Shown piece by piece: positions 11,161 through 22,940 of a stretch of 64,000 nucleotides of DNA. Within the stretch, counting starts at the first letter, position 1, and each line of letters starts with the position of its first letter. The notes below the pieces were generated by a model that was not told the origin of the DNA, did not search any database, and worked only from the letters and a program-made list of their open reading frames with translations. The stretch covers positions 47,802,001 through 47,866,000 of the forward strand of contig NC_043013.1 in the NCBI RefSeq assembly GCF_006345805.1, given 5' to 3'. The stretch comes from Octopus sinensis. Taxonomy: Eukaryota. Made by a program: the position numbers and the translations under genes.

Positions 11161-12877
11161 ATAGGTAAACAGTAAAATTAAATACAGACATGGACAAGAA
11201 CATGAAACACCACAGAGACGACACAAGAACCACAGGACGGGACATTCGAAGCCCTCAGTCATCAGTCAAGAACCAGATCATCTTAGCAATTCGGCTGATT
11301 AATCTTGAGATTGCTCCGATATGGCCAGCCCGCCAAGGGAAATCTAAGCCAAGCGCATTAGATCCCCTGGAAGAAAGCTTCGAATGTATACAACGAAAGG
11401 ACGGAAAACGATCGAAGTACACAAACAAAAATACAGAATACGTGACACCAATAAGAATACAAAAACGTAAAAACAATAACGGTAAAAATAAAAAATAAAC
11501 AACAAAACAAAACCAGGACGTAGGACAAGGGTCTTTCGACAGGACGATTTGAGTAGGGGCTGGCTTGTGAAGTTGTGCCTAAAGGCCACGGGGAGACGAA
11601 CAAATACGGTTGCTTCTGAGGCTGCTGAAAACGAAAAGAGCGCTCAACAGCGGCTAGCTGTCACGTGAGAACAAAAGACAGGAGAAAGGGACAGATGAAA
11701 AGGGAGAGAAGGTGGACGAGGGAGGAGAAGAAAAGACAGATCGAGGGGGCTGGAGGTGAGAGAGATAGAGAAACGTAGAAAGGGGGGGGGGACGGATGGA
11801 GAGGGAAAGAACGGAAGTGGAATAAGGGAGGAGGGAGAGAGAGAGAGAAAAGAGACAGATTAAGAGTCGTATCAAAGCTTGAGAAAAAAATATACTTATC
11901 GTATAAGGACAATTGTGGATACGTAGCCGCCGATTATATAGGTAAACAGTAAAATTAAATACAGACATGGACAAGAACATGAAACACCACAGAGACGACA
12001 CAAGAACCACAGGACGGGACATTCGAAGCCCTCAGTCATCAGTCAAGAACCAGATCATCTTAGCATTTCGGCTGATTAATCTTGAGATTGCTCCGATATG
12101 GCCAGCCCGCCAAGGGAAATCTAAGCCAAGCGCATTAGATCCCCTGGAAGAAAGCTTCGAATGTATACAACGAAAGGACGGAAAACGATCGAAGTACACA
12201 AACAAAAATACAGAATACGTGACACCAATAAGAATACAAAAACGTAAAAACAATACGGTAAAAATAAAAAATAAACAACAAAACAAAACCAGGACGTAGG
12301 ACAAGGGTCTTTCGACAGGACGATTTGAGTAGGGGCTGGCTTGTGAAGTTGTGCCTAAAGGCCACGGGGAGACGAACAAATACGTGTTGCTTCTGAGGCT
12401 GCTGAAAACGAAAAGAGCGCTCAACAGCGGCTAGCTGTCACGTGAGAACAAAAGACAGGAGAAGGGACAGATGAAAAGGGAGAGAAGGTGGACGAGGGAG
12501 GAGAAGAAAGAGACAGATCGAGGGGGGGGGTGAGAGAGATAGAGAACGTAGAAAGGGGGGGGGACGGATGGAGAGGGAAAGAACGGAAGTGGAATAAGGG
12601 AGGAGGGAGAGAGAGAGAAAAGAGACAGATTAAGAGTCGTATCAAAGCTTGAGAAAAAAATATACTTATCGTATAAGGACAATTGTGGATACGTAGCCGC
12701 CGATTATATAGGTAAACAGTAAAATTAAATACAGACATGGACAAGAACATGAAACACCACAGAGACGACACAAGAACCACAGGACGGGACATTCGAAGCC
12801 CTCAGTCATCAGTCAAGAACCAGATCATCTTAGCAATTTCGGCTGATTAATCTTGAGATTGCTCCGATATGGCCAGC
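11161..12877. repeat. Tandem array of a ~775-bp non-coding unit, ~2.2 copies
   Basis: Units start taggtaaacagtaaaatt at ~11162, ~11939 and ~12709; near-identical; (TA)n on both sides. Confidence 0.95.
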
Positions 12878-13074
12878 ATATATATAATATATATATATAT
12901 ACACACATTAATATGCGCATACTCACACGCATGCACACGCACATTACACACACATGTATGCACACATACATCTACATATATATAAGATATACAAGTGAGC
13001 AAGTGTCTTTTACTATAGCCCCGAGCAGACCAAAGACTTATGAGGGAATTTGATCGAAGGAAACCTAAATACTG

Positions 13075-13564
13075 TCGTATATGTATGTATGTATCTATGT
13101 ATGTATGTGTATGTATGTATGTATGTATGTATGTATGTATGTATGTATGCATGCATGTATGTATGTATGTATGTATATATGCATATATGTACGTATTATG
13201 TATGTATGCATGTATGCATGTATGTATGTATGTATGTATGTATGCATGTATGTATGTATGTATGTATGTATGTATGTATGTATGTATGCATGTATGTATG
13301 CATGCATGTATGTATGTATGCATGTATGTATGTATGTATGTATGCATGCATGTATGTATGTATGTATGCATGTATGTATGCATGCATGTATGTATGCATG
13401 CATGTATGTATGAATGTATGCATGTATGTATGTAGGTATGTATGTATGTATGCATGCATGCATGTATGTATGTATGTATGTATGTATGTATGTATGTATG
13501 TATGTATGCATGTACGTATGTATGTATGCATGCATTCATGTATGTATGTATGTATGTATGTATG

Positions 13565-13595
<31 letters not shown>
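13075..13595. repeat. (TATG)n/(CATG) microsatellite
   Basis: Direct reading. Confidence 0.97.
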
Positions 13596-14106
13596 GCATT
13601 TTTTTCCAACTGTGCTCCAAATACAAAATATCCTCGAATTACAAGTAACCTTAATCGCCTGTATTCGCACAATATTTGGAATGTTAGTTTGATTCAACAG
13701 GATATGAATTGATTATGCTTTATATTTCGTGTTGTTTGTGCTCCGATAATTTAAATAAAAGTTTGATTGCTAACTCCACCAATAATGAGATATTTTAATA
13801 AGATGGTTACATATATATCACTACGTAGATGTTAACTTACTTCTCAACAACTGTTTGCTAACCAACTGCTTGTTTTTGATGAATTAAGATATTTACTTTA
13901 CTTTCACATTTAATAATCAAAATAGATAATTTGATGTTATGAAGCTTCTTCGGCATCGTGACCTCTAAATCTTGCCTACAGGATAAGTTTTTCATTATTG
14001 GTGATATGCCCAACTAGAGTTTCCATGAGAAAATGGAATATTCCAACTGAAAGGATTCTAATATTCTATAAATCGGTCTACAGGTTTAATATATTCTATA
14101 ATCCGA

Positions 14107-14592
14107 AGGCGGCGAGCTGGCAGAATCGTTAGCACGCCGGGCGAAATGCGTGGCCGTATTTCGTCTGTCGTTACGTTCTGAGTTCAAATTCCGCCGAGGT
14201 CGACTTTGCCTTTCATCCTTTCGGGGTTGATAAGTTAAGTACCAGTTACGCACTGGGGTCAATATAATCGACTTAATTCGTTTGTCTGTCCTTGTTTGTC
14301 CCTTCTATGTTTAGCCCCTTGTGGGTAATAAAGAAATAGGTTTAATATATTATATAATCTAAATGCGGCGGGCAGGCAGAAACGTTAGCACACCGAGCGA
14401 AATGCGTAGCCGTATTTCGTCTGTCGTTATGTTCTGAGTTCAAATCCCGCTGAGGTCGACTTTGCCTTTCATCCTTTCGGGGTCGATAAATTAAGTACCA
14501 GTTACGCACTGGGTCAATATAATCGACTTAATTCGTTTGCCTGTCCTTGTTTGTCCCCACTATGTTTAGCCCCTTGTGGGTAATAAAGAAAC
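14107..14592 (+). mobile_element. Two adjacent tRNA-headed SINEs (abundant family; Nin/Deu-like central domain, Tx1-like tail)
   Basis: ggcggcgagctggcagaa... gttcaaattcc B box, gtcgactttgcctttcatcctttcggggtcgataaa body, tail ...gtgggtaataaagaaa; TSD atatattctataatc repeated three times. Confidence 0.88.
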
Positions 14593-15173
14593 ATATATTC
14601 TATAATCCGTCAACCGGTTAAACATCAACTGGACCGTGCGTATCTTTAGAGAAGCAACTATGTTGCAATCATTTGAACTTGGTCTTCTGTTTAAAGAAGG
14701 GGTTTCCGAAATGGCCGATATCGACCCCTGCGTGTCGATGGGACTATTCAAGGAGTCGATAAATGCACATCTATTATTATTATTTATTTCTTTTCTTGTA
14801 CATGCCTGGGGGAGGGGGTCGATGAGTGCTCAAAGATTCCATGAAGGGGCCGATGGTATAAAATGTTTGGGGAGCCCTGGTTTAAAGAAAATAACTTCCT
14901 GTCCTCCTTTCAATGTTATTGGAGGCCCTAAAAGCAAAGAGGCATGAATTGCTATCCTTCCCGCTCTGTCTAAAAGTTAGAAATAACCAGCAAAATAATG
15001 AAAATAATTACTTTGTTAAATTACTGGTATACTGAAGGTTCCAAACTTTCAGGGGGGTTTCCGTAGGATGTAGGTTTCTTTCTAAGTAGAGATTATCAGT
15101 TTCTTTCGTCTATTATATTTGGGCTTACGATCAGCTGGTGATTTCAGTGAATTGACTATAACGACGCTGAGTA

Positions 15174-15405
15174 AGGCGGCGAGCTGGCAGAAACGTTAGT
15201 ATGCCGAGTGAAATGCGTAGCCGTATTTCGTCTGCCGTTACGTTCTGAGTTCAAATTCTGCCGAGGTCGACTTTGCCTTTCATCCTTTCGGGGTCGATAA
15301 ATTAAGTACCAGTTGCGCACTTGGGTCGATGTAATCGACTTAAACCCTTTGTCTATCCTTGTTTGTCCCCTTTGTGTTTAGCCCCTTGTGAGTAGTAAAG
15401 AAATA
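15174..15405 (+). mobile_element. SINE, same abundant family
   Basis: Full copy with 16-bp TSD tataacga(c/g)gctgagt at 15157-15172 and 15406-15421. Confidence 0.9.
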
Positions 15406-15760
15406 TATAACGAGGCTGAGTTAAGAGTTAAACCAAATCTGAGAGACGAACAGGCACAGACACACACATACACGCACGAACACACACACACACACACACA
15501 CACAGCTAGTCAAGAAAAGACATCGACCCTAGTACTTGAATTGTGCATTATTTCATCAACCCAGTAATGATTAATGGCAAAGTTGGTGCTATAACGACTC
15601 TCACTAATCAATAACTTATACAATATTGATGATGATGATATAAGGCGAAATCAGTAAATTGACACCTAGTACATATGAAAAATGGTAGAGACGGAAAATG
15701 ATGAGGCACAACTCGTGGCAGCAAAATGTACAACAGACGAATGTTTTCTAAGTTGATTTC

Positions 15761-16209
15761 GGATCTTTTCGGTTTGAACGGCCGTGTTTTCCGGTAGTGT
15801 CATACGAAATTGTCAACCATAATTATGGCCCTAGTATCGATCTATTGCATTTCAATCTCTTTTAGGGTTAGGGTTAGTTAGGATTAGTTAAGGTTAGGGT
15901 TAGGGGTGGGGGGAAGGGTATCTTTTTTTTTCTTCACAAATGTAAATAAACCCAATCTGTTTCTTAAACGTGGGACATATTCATACGGCACATAATGTTT
16001 TTTTTTACCTCAATAGACGTCAGTGATTGGTTGAAATTGCAGAAATTGAAGAAAAAAAAACAACAAATATCTTACAAACTATAGACTTTTCTCAATAAAG
16101 CCAAGAGAAAAAGATTTTTTAGAAACACATTCTACCAGTATACCAAGTTTCAAATTTTTTAGTTACCTAGAAATTATGTTAAAAACTGCCGTTCAAACCG
16201 AAAAGAACC
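15761..16209. mobile_element. ~450-bp MITE with GG-terminal TIRs, 8-bp TSD and internal TTAGGG repeats (Merlin-like)
   Basis: TIR ggatcttttcggtttgaacggc / gccgttcaaaccgaaaagaacc; flanks ttgatttc / ttaatttc; second copy at 38290. Confidence 0.75.
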
Positions 16210-18295
16210 TTAATTTCAAGTTTTCCCCTATCTAGAGAAGGCAGCGAGTAACTAGACTAAAGTATTTTTACAAGACATTCTTAAATTAGCTGAATTCCTA
16301 ATAGGCCCTGTCTATGTACGTTATACAACTTTTAAGGTAATGTGGTATATGTGGGGAGAAAGCACGCATATGAGAAATGATTGCAGTCAGTAATTTATAT
16401 GCTTTATATTATGTTAAGAGCTATGTACTGTATTCTGTGAAAATATATTATTTGATGATGCTTATAGAGAATGAGAATTTTGAAAGGACATTTTCTGTAA
16501 GAAAAAGAAGACATAAGACGAAATTTAGGAGAAGCAGCATGTTGAAATAATATAAGGGAATATTTTCATTGAAATATTGAAAATAATTATTTTGTTAAAT
16601 TGTTTGCTTAACAATTACTCTCTCAGGGCAAGGATGAAGCTGTATATTGAAAATTGGCTGTAAATGTTAAGTGAATGCTATTAGCTGGCCCAAATTTATC
16701 TCCTTCTCGCCTCTACTACTTTACATGAGATAAAGCAATCATAAGAAAATAGTAAAATGTAAAATCTTTCGTGTAAAAATATGGTTTTTCATCCAAATTT
16801 TATTAAAGTTATAATTTAGCACGAACATATGATTAATCTGGGATATTTTTTCTTAATAAATTTCTTTCTACATAAACTATCAGAGTTTATGAAGCAGAAC
16901 TGCACTTTCGTATATTTCCATTACCAATAAAAAATATTTATATGACTGCAAATTTTAATCAGTCTAAACGCAAGCTTACAATGTATAAATGCATCACTTG
17001 AGTAAATGAAATCTAAAAATAACCGTCAAATCCGATGAGAGAAGAAGCTAAAATAAATTGTGAGGAAGGTTTGTTTCTAAACAGCTTCTAATGAAATATG
17101 CGTTCTCTTCAACAGCGCTCTACAGTAGAACGACAAACATGCTATAGCATATTGAATTTTCTACAATCGCTTTTTATTTTATTCTAATTTATTTCTATAT
17201 ATATATTTTTTTAAATAAGATTGCTTAAATGTGTAATTCTTCAAGTAATATAAAATATCTTTGTTTCCAGCAGAACAATGAAGTCAAATAATATTGTTTC
17301 TCATGTTTAGAATGGCTACAAAAACAAACACAAACGAATTATTTTCATTGTTTATCTCTTTTTCAGAAAATCAATTCGTAAAAGATTAAAGCTAGTCCCA
17401 ATGCGAACAAGGTTTCGCTTTCATGTTGCCAACAACTGTCCACTGCTTTGTTTAGCAATAAAGAGAACTGTGCTATCGTTATTTGATGGAATGTGCTACT
17501 ATCATTTGGATTTTCTTTTTATTTAACCCCAGAACAGATCTGACCATGTATGCCTAAGTTAAAGGCGTGCCAGCCGAGACCATTAATCTTATTTATTCAA
17601 AACATGGTATACTTAGAACTACATTATCAAATGCAACCTTCTTGTTTAAAATGGTACGATGACATTTGATGGAGTTTGGCTACAGTTTCTTGCGTATAGA
17701 GCAGAATTCAGGTCTCTTGTTGGTCATATAGTTTTGATATAAAAAAGGTATTATAGCTATTGGACACAGGTCTACCAACAACGTGGAAAATTCTATATTT
17801 TTTGTTGTTTATTGTATGTGATCACGAAGCTACTTATGTTCTTCCTACCACCAGTGTCAGGTGTCACTTAAAATACTGGGGTTTGTAGCACATCACCCTC
17901 TCCCCCTGCTTTACCCCCATACCTTTTTTGTTGTTATTCTTTTCTTTCTTTTCTATTCTTATCTCTCTTCTTTTCTGTTTTTATTTATTTAAATGTTCTA
18001 ATAAAATGTTGGATTCTTCCATTTCACAAATGTTTTTATGACTGCCCTTTCCTCAATTTCAGCCATCTTCTGTCCTTTTTTTCTATCACAGTGCTTCTCA
18101 ACCGGGTCTATATTGGCCCCTTAGGGTCCATATAAGATTTTGGGGGGTCCACACAACAAAACAGTAAATATGCTTTCATTGAAATATGGAGATTTACTTT
18201 CCTTTCCCATGTAGTAAAGAACGTATAATTCGTTTCAATAAAATTTTAATGCCTACTCATTTTTCACCCACCCTGTGTATATATATATATATATA

Positions 18296-18610
18296 TCACC
18301 TTGACCACCTTGACCACCTTGACCGACCAGTCTGTCGGGTGTCCATTTGACACCGCTGGTCACAGCACGCTGTCCACTCCTCTCTGGATCGCGCCTTCCT
18401 CATCCACGTGATCCCAATCGCCCTACTGAAATCGTAACTCCACCGTCGTGGAAGCCTTCCGAGCGGTCGTTTCCGCTCGCGCGGGTACCACTCGACAACT
18501 GCGCGGGTCCATCGATTATAGGGGAGCCGGGCGACGTGTCCAGCCCATCTAAACTTGCTGCGTGTATATTCTACGTGTATATGCTCTGTCAGCATGATCT
18601 GAAGTTGATA
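18296..18610 (-). mobile_element. 3' end of an RTE-clade LINE
   Basis: KFRWAGHVARLPYNRWTRAVVEWYPRERKRPLGRLPRRW, followed by (GGTCAAGGT)n tail. Confidence 0.88.
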
Positions 18611-18795
18611 TATATATATATATATATATATATAATAGTTATCGCCATACTAATATGGCATTCTTATAAAAATAGAAAAAAGCTGTCCGCTTATTAGCTC
18701 CATGAGGCCATCGCCTTAAGTTAGCTATTTGATACACAAACTGTATCCATATAACCTTCGAACAGGGAGGTCAGTCGCTCCACACTTGACCGGCA

Positions 18796-18835
18796 GCTAC
18801 AGACGCGTTCGGGGTATTGCCCTTTTCAATGCAGC
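18796..18835 (-). ncRNA. Inverted copy of the U3-A8 hammerhead (two single-base homopolymer deletions)
   Basis: Reverse complement reads GCTGCA-TTGAAAA-GGG(caata)CCCC-GAA-CGCGTC-TGTAGC. Confidence 0.65.
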
Positions 18836-19227
18836 GTAGCCATCCAGTAGGGGTGTCGCTTCCGACAATCTTGTTCGATGGTTTTATTTACCTAGTTTCA
18901 GTGGAATACATCCACTTGTTTCAATAATAGAAATATTAAAATAACTAAGTCTCTCTAAAAGAGAACAGCGCAGCGTTCCCGGAAAAAATAGTTAATTAAA
19001 AATAATATGGAGCTAATAAGCGGACAGCTTTTTCTTATTTTATAAGAATGCCATATTAGTATGGCGATAACTATTATTTTCCGGGAACGCTGCCGCTGTT
19101 CTCTTTTAGAGAGACTTAGTTATTTTAAATATTCTATTATTGAAACAAGTGGATGTATTCCACTGAAACTAGGTAAATAAAACCATCGAACAGAGATTGT
19201 CGGAAGCGACACCTACTGGCTGGCTAC

Positions 19228-19269
19228 GCTGCATTGAAAAGGGGCAATACCCCGAAACGCGTCTGTAGC
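19228..19269 (+). ncRNA. Type I hammerhead ribozyme with U3-A8 core variant
   Basis: GCTGCA-TTGAAAA-GGGG(caata)CCCC-GAAA-C(gc)GTC-TGTAGC: 6-bp stem I, 4-bp stem II, palindromic ACGCGT stem III, predicted cleavage after C19263. Confidence 0.8.
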
Positions 19270-19489
19270 TGCCGGTCAAGTAGTGTGGAGCGACTGACCT
19301 CCCTGTTCGAAGTTATATGGATACAGTTTGTGTATCAAATAGCTAACTTAAGGCGATGGCCTCATGGAGCTAATAAGCGGACAGCTTTTTTCTATTTTTA
19401 TAAGAATGCCATATTAGTATGGCGATAACTATTATTTCCGGGAACGCTGCCGCTGTCTCTTTTAGAGAGACTTAGTTTATTAATATTTC

Positions 19490-19538
<49 letters not shown>

Positions 19539-19595
19539 GTTATATATTTGTTGTGCAAGATTTTTTTATGTGAAGTCGTGTGTTGCACACAGATA

Positions 19596-19998
19596 TGTTA
19601 TATTTCGGAATGGTCATTTGCCAGTTGTAGCCAATAAAAACACACGCACTATATATTCGGTGTTACTTTGCTTCAGTGTTATCTATTTTTACATTAATCT
19701 TATCTTATTTCGGCCAGAGTTCTTTCGTCACACTCCTGTTACCGCATCAGTGGTCCTTTGTTTTCTTCTTTCTTATTTGTGTCTCTCCTTACTAACCGTC
19801 AGTAAGGAGAGACACAAATAAGAAGGAAGAAAGCAAAGGGCCACTGATGCGGTAACAGGAGTGTGACGAAAGAACACTGGCCGAAATAAGATTAAGATTA
19901 ATGTAAAAAATAGATAACACTGAAGCAAAGTAACACCGAATATATAGTGCGTGGTTTTATTGGCTAAACTGGCAAAATGACCATTCCGAAATATAACA
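19596..19998. repeat. ~400-bp fold-back built from Penelope pLTR-like sequence; degenerate hammerhead in each arm
   Basis: Arms are reverse complements around loop 19794-19800; homologous to 48660-48850; GGCCA-CTGATGC...GTGAC-GAAA-GAACAC-TGGCC at 19839-19882. Confidence 0.85.
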
Positions 19999-20043
<45 letters not shown>

Positions 20044-20048
20044 GATAT

Positions 20049-20095
<47 letters not shown>

Positions 20096-20444
20096 ACAAG
20101 GAGAGAGATTTGCGAAAGGAACAATATATTTTAGGTGCAAGGCTTTCGAAGGAAGCAAACCCTTTCTAATTTAATTCGACGCCTTTAGGGTCTTATTTAT
20201 TGAATTGATATAAGAAAATGCATGTCGCCCTTGATATCTATTTCCCCGTTTACGTATCTGAATTTAAATGCTTTATAACATAGATTTATAAACATGGATG
20301 CTCCAGTCGATTTCATGATTTCATGAAATAATTGGGATTTTGTCCTCAGAATGAAATCTTCATATATTTTTTATTAAATGACTGATAAATGTGAAGACAA
20401 TTGTAATTGCGTCACACGAAACACTGCAATATTTTCATAACACT

Positions 20445-21450
20445 TACGCGACGAACTGGCAGAAGGTAAGTGTGCCAGGAAAATTGCTTAGTGGCATTTC
20501 TCACGTTTTTACGTTCTAAGTTCAAATTCCGCCGACGTCAGCTTTGCCTTTCATCCTTTCGGTGTCGATAAATTAAATACCTATTTCTTTACTACTCACA
20601 AGGGGCTAAACATAGAGTGGACAAACAAGGACAGACAAACGGATTAAGTCGATTACATTGACCCCAGTGCGTAGCTGGTACTTAATTTATCGACCCCAAA
20701 AGGATGAAAGGCAAAGTCGACCTCGGTGGAATTTGAACTCAGAACGTAACGGCAGGCGAAATACAGCTAAGCGTTTCGCCCGGTGTGCTAACGTTTCTGC
20801 TAGCTCGCCACCTTATACTAAATACCAGTTGAGCACTGGGGTAGATGTAATCGTCTTAACTCCTCCATAGTGCCAAAGTTTGGAATCAAAATTATCAAAA
20901 GAGTCGGGCGGTGAGCTGACAGAATCGTTAGCATACTGTGCAAAATACTCAGCGGTATTTTGTCTGTCTTTATTTCTGCGTTCAAATCCTCCGGGGTCGA
21001 ATTTGCCTTTAATCCTTTTGGGGTCGATTAAATAAGTACCAGTTACGCACTGGGGTCGATGTAATCGACTTAATCCGTGTGTCTGTCCTTGTTTGACCCC
21101 ATGTGTTTAGCGCCTTGTGGGTAGTAAAGAAATAGGTATTTCGCCTGTCTTTACGTTCTGAGTTAAAATCCCCCGGGGTCGAATTTGCCTTTCATCCTTT
21201 CGGGGTCGATTAAATAAGTACCAGTTATGCACAGGGGTCGATGTAATCGACTTAATCCCTTTGTCTGTCCTTGTTTGTCTCCTCTGTGTTTAGCGCCTGT
21301 GTTTAGTGTCTGTCTTTATGTTCTGCGTTCAAATCCTCCGGGGTTGAATTTGCCTTTCATCCAATCAGGGTCGATAAAATATGTACCAGTCAACTACTGG
21401 GGTCAATGCGATTGACTTACCCCTCCCCCGAAATTACTGGCCTTGTACCA
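20445..21450. mobile_element. Cluster of nested and tandem SINEs of the abundant family (a minus copy at 20583-20810 interrupts an older plus copy)
   Basis: Repeated head, body and tail motifs. Confidence 0.8.
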
Positions 21451-22523
21451 AATGTGTACCAAATGTGAAACCTATATTTTCATAACAGAAAATATCAGAA
21501 AAAAAAAAAACAGATGTAAAACTGTATCGACACATTATCAAGTTCTTCCGACACTCCATTAAATTTCTTCTCTTGATTAGAAGAATCTTTAATTAGTTTG
21601 GTTTTAAGAATGCAAACAAAAAATTTGGAGCCGAGAACTTCGGAAAAAAATTACGAAATATTTTTTTTGTTTTCCATGTTCAATACATTCATACAAAAAT
21701 GTATGTGCGCGCATGCATGCCTGTGTGTGTGTGCGTGTGTGTGTGTGTGCGCGTGTGCTTGAAGACTAAATATAGCTTTATCTTTATTTTTTTAGCATGT
21801 AATTACCTTCATCGTTCCTTTTTTTGTTTCTTTTTTCACATACACTTTTCCGTCGCGTACGGTCGGAGGCTGATCACGCATCCTTTTCTTCTTACAGCTT
21901 CTTTTGTGTTTCCCCCTTTTCTCTTTTCTTCTAAACCCCCTCTCTTCCTCTCTCTCCTTCTTTCACCTCTCTCTCTCACACACACTTTTTCCTTTTTTTC
22001 CTTTTTTTTCTTTTTCCTTTCTGTCTCTATAGCTTACTCCTTCTTCCTCTCCGTCGTAATTATCACCCCGCTTTGAAACTTGGGGGTTCTTTCTTCTCGT
22101 TCTTTTACGCTTCACAATGTTTTTTTTTTTTTTGGCTATTTCATTTATTTCTTTATTTATTCATTTATTGTTAGTATAAACTGAATGGCCGTCATTACAA
22201 ACGCGGGAGAAGAAGGGACACATTAGGGGCCCAATAAAAGAGATATCATCTAACGTATACGGAAATATCACATACAGTAATGCAGAAGAATAAGCCCTGA
22301 ATTGTTCTAACATTCAATAATAGTGTGCAAGGGTCGAAATGGCACTTATTAATTTGTCTTATTGAATTTAGTTTTCGTATCATTTTTCTCATCTTTTTTC
22401 TTCGCCCTTTCAAAAAAACCGTATTTCAGAGGCGGAACGAAAATTAAGAATTATCAAGTCTCTGAAATATTTAAATGATGAGGACATGACCCGTCTTCTG
22501 CTTCTGTTGCTATTGCTGTCACT

Positions 22524-22905
22524 GGAGGCGTAATGGCCCAGTGGTTAGGGCAGCGGACTCGTGGTCATAGGATCGCAGTTTCGATTCCCAGTCCGGGCGT
22601 TGTGAGTGTTTATTGAGCGAAAACACCTAAAAGCTCCACGAGGCTCCGGCAGGGGGGGGGGTGATCCCTGCTGTACTCTTTCACCACAACTTTCTCTCAC
22701 TCTTACTTCCTGTTTCTGTTGTACCTGTATTTCAAGGGGCCGGCCTTGTCACTCTCTGTGTCACGCTGAATATCCCCGAGAACTACGTTAAGGGTGCACG
22801 TGTCTGTGGAGTGCTCAGCCACTTACACGTTAATTTCACGAGCAGGCTGTTCCGTTGATTCGGATCAACCGGAACCCTCATCGTCGTAACCGACGGAGTG
22901 CTTCC
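22524..22905 (+). mobile_element. Young tRNA-headed SINE (third family)
   Basis: A box tggcccagtgg, B box gtttcgattcc; 12-bp TSD attgctgtcact; near-identical copy at 43243. Confidence 0.9.
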
Positions 22906-22940
22906 ATTGCTGTCACTAATGATATTAAAACTTCCACTAA

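Larger units (their letters stand above)
18633..19494. mobile_element. Retrozyme-like element: 357-bp hammerhead-containing unit, one copy on minus (18633-18994) and ~1.37 tandem copies on plus (19007-19494)
   Basis: atggagctaataagcggacag recurs at 19007 and 19364; the left arm is the reverse complement of one circularly permuted unit; (TA)n on both flanks. Confidence 0.8.

Noticed and set aside
11009-11245. ORF track lists this 78-aa ORF on +
   Set aside because: ATGTCCCGTCCT.. is the reverse complement of 11245 downward; it is a minus-strand, spurious repeat-spanning ORF.
11240-11270. CTGATGA on the minus strand of the 775-bp unit as a hammerhead
   Set aside because: Followed by GAAT rather than GAAA, and no stem I or convincing stem II.
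12847-13692. Long YIHT/MYVC ORFs (also at 27.9-29.6, 40.5, 56 and 58.8 kb)
   Set aside because: Translations of TATG, TA, CA and GATA microsatellites.
15860-15910. TTAGGG repeats as a telomere or chromosome-fusion scar
   Set aside because: They lie inside a TIR/TSD-bounded MITE present twice in the window.
16260-17200. Possible hAT transposase relic (CE.GF..K-like), and hAT-like ends at ~14870 and ~18088
   Set aside because: Too degenerate to support by eye; needs a profile search.
22524-22600. tRNA-like sequence (also 43243, 28258, 25308)
   Set aside because: A/B boxes are present but continue into dispersed repeat bodies with TSDs; SINE heads, not tRNA genes.
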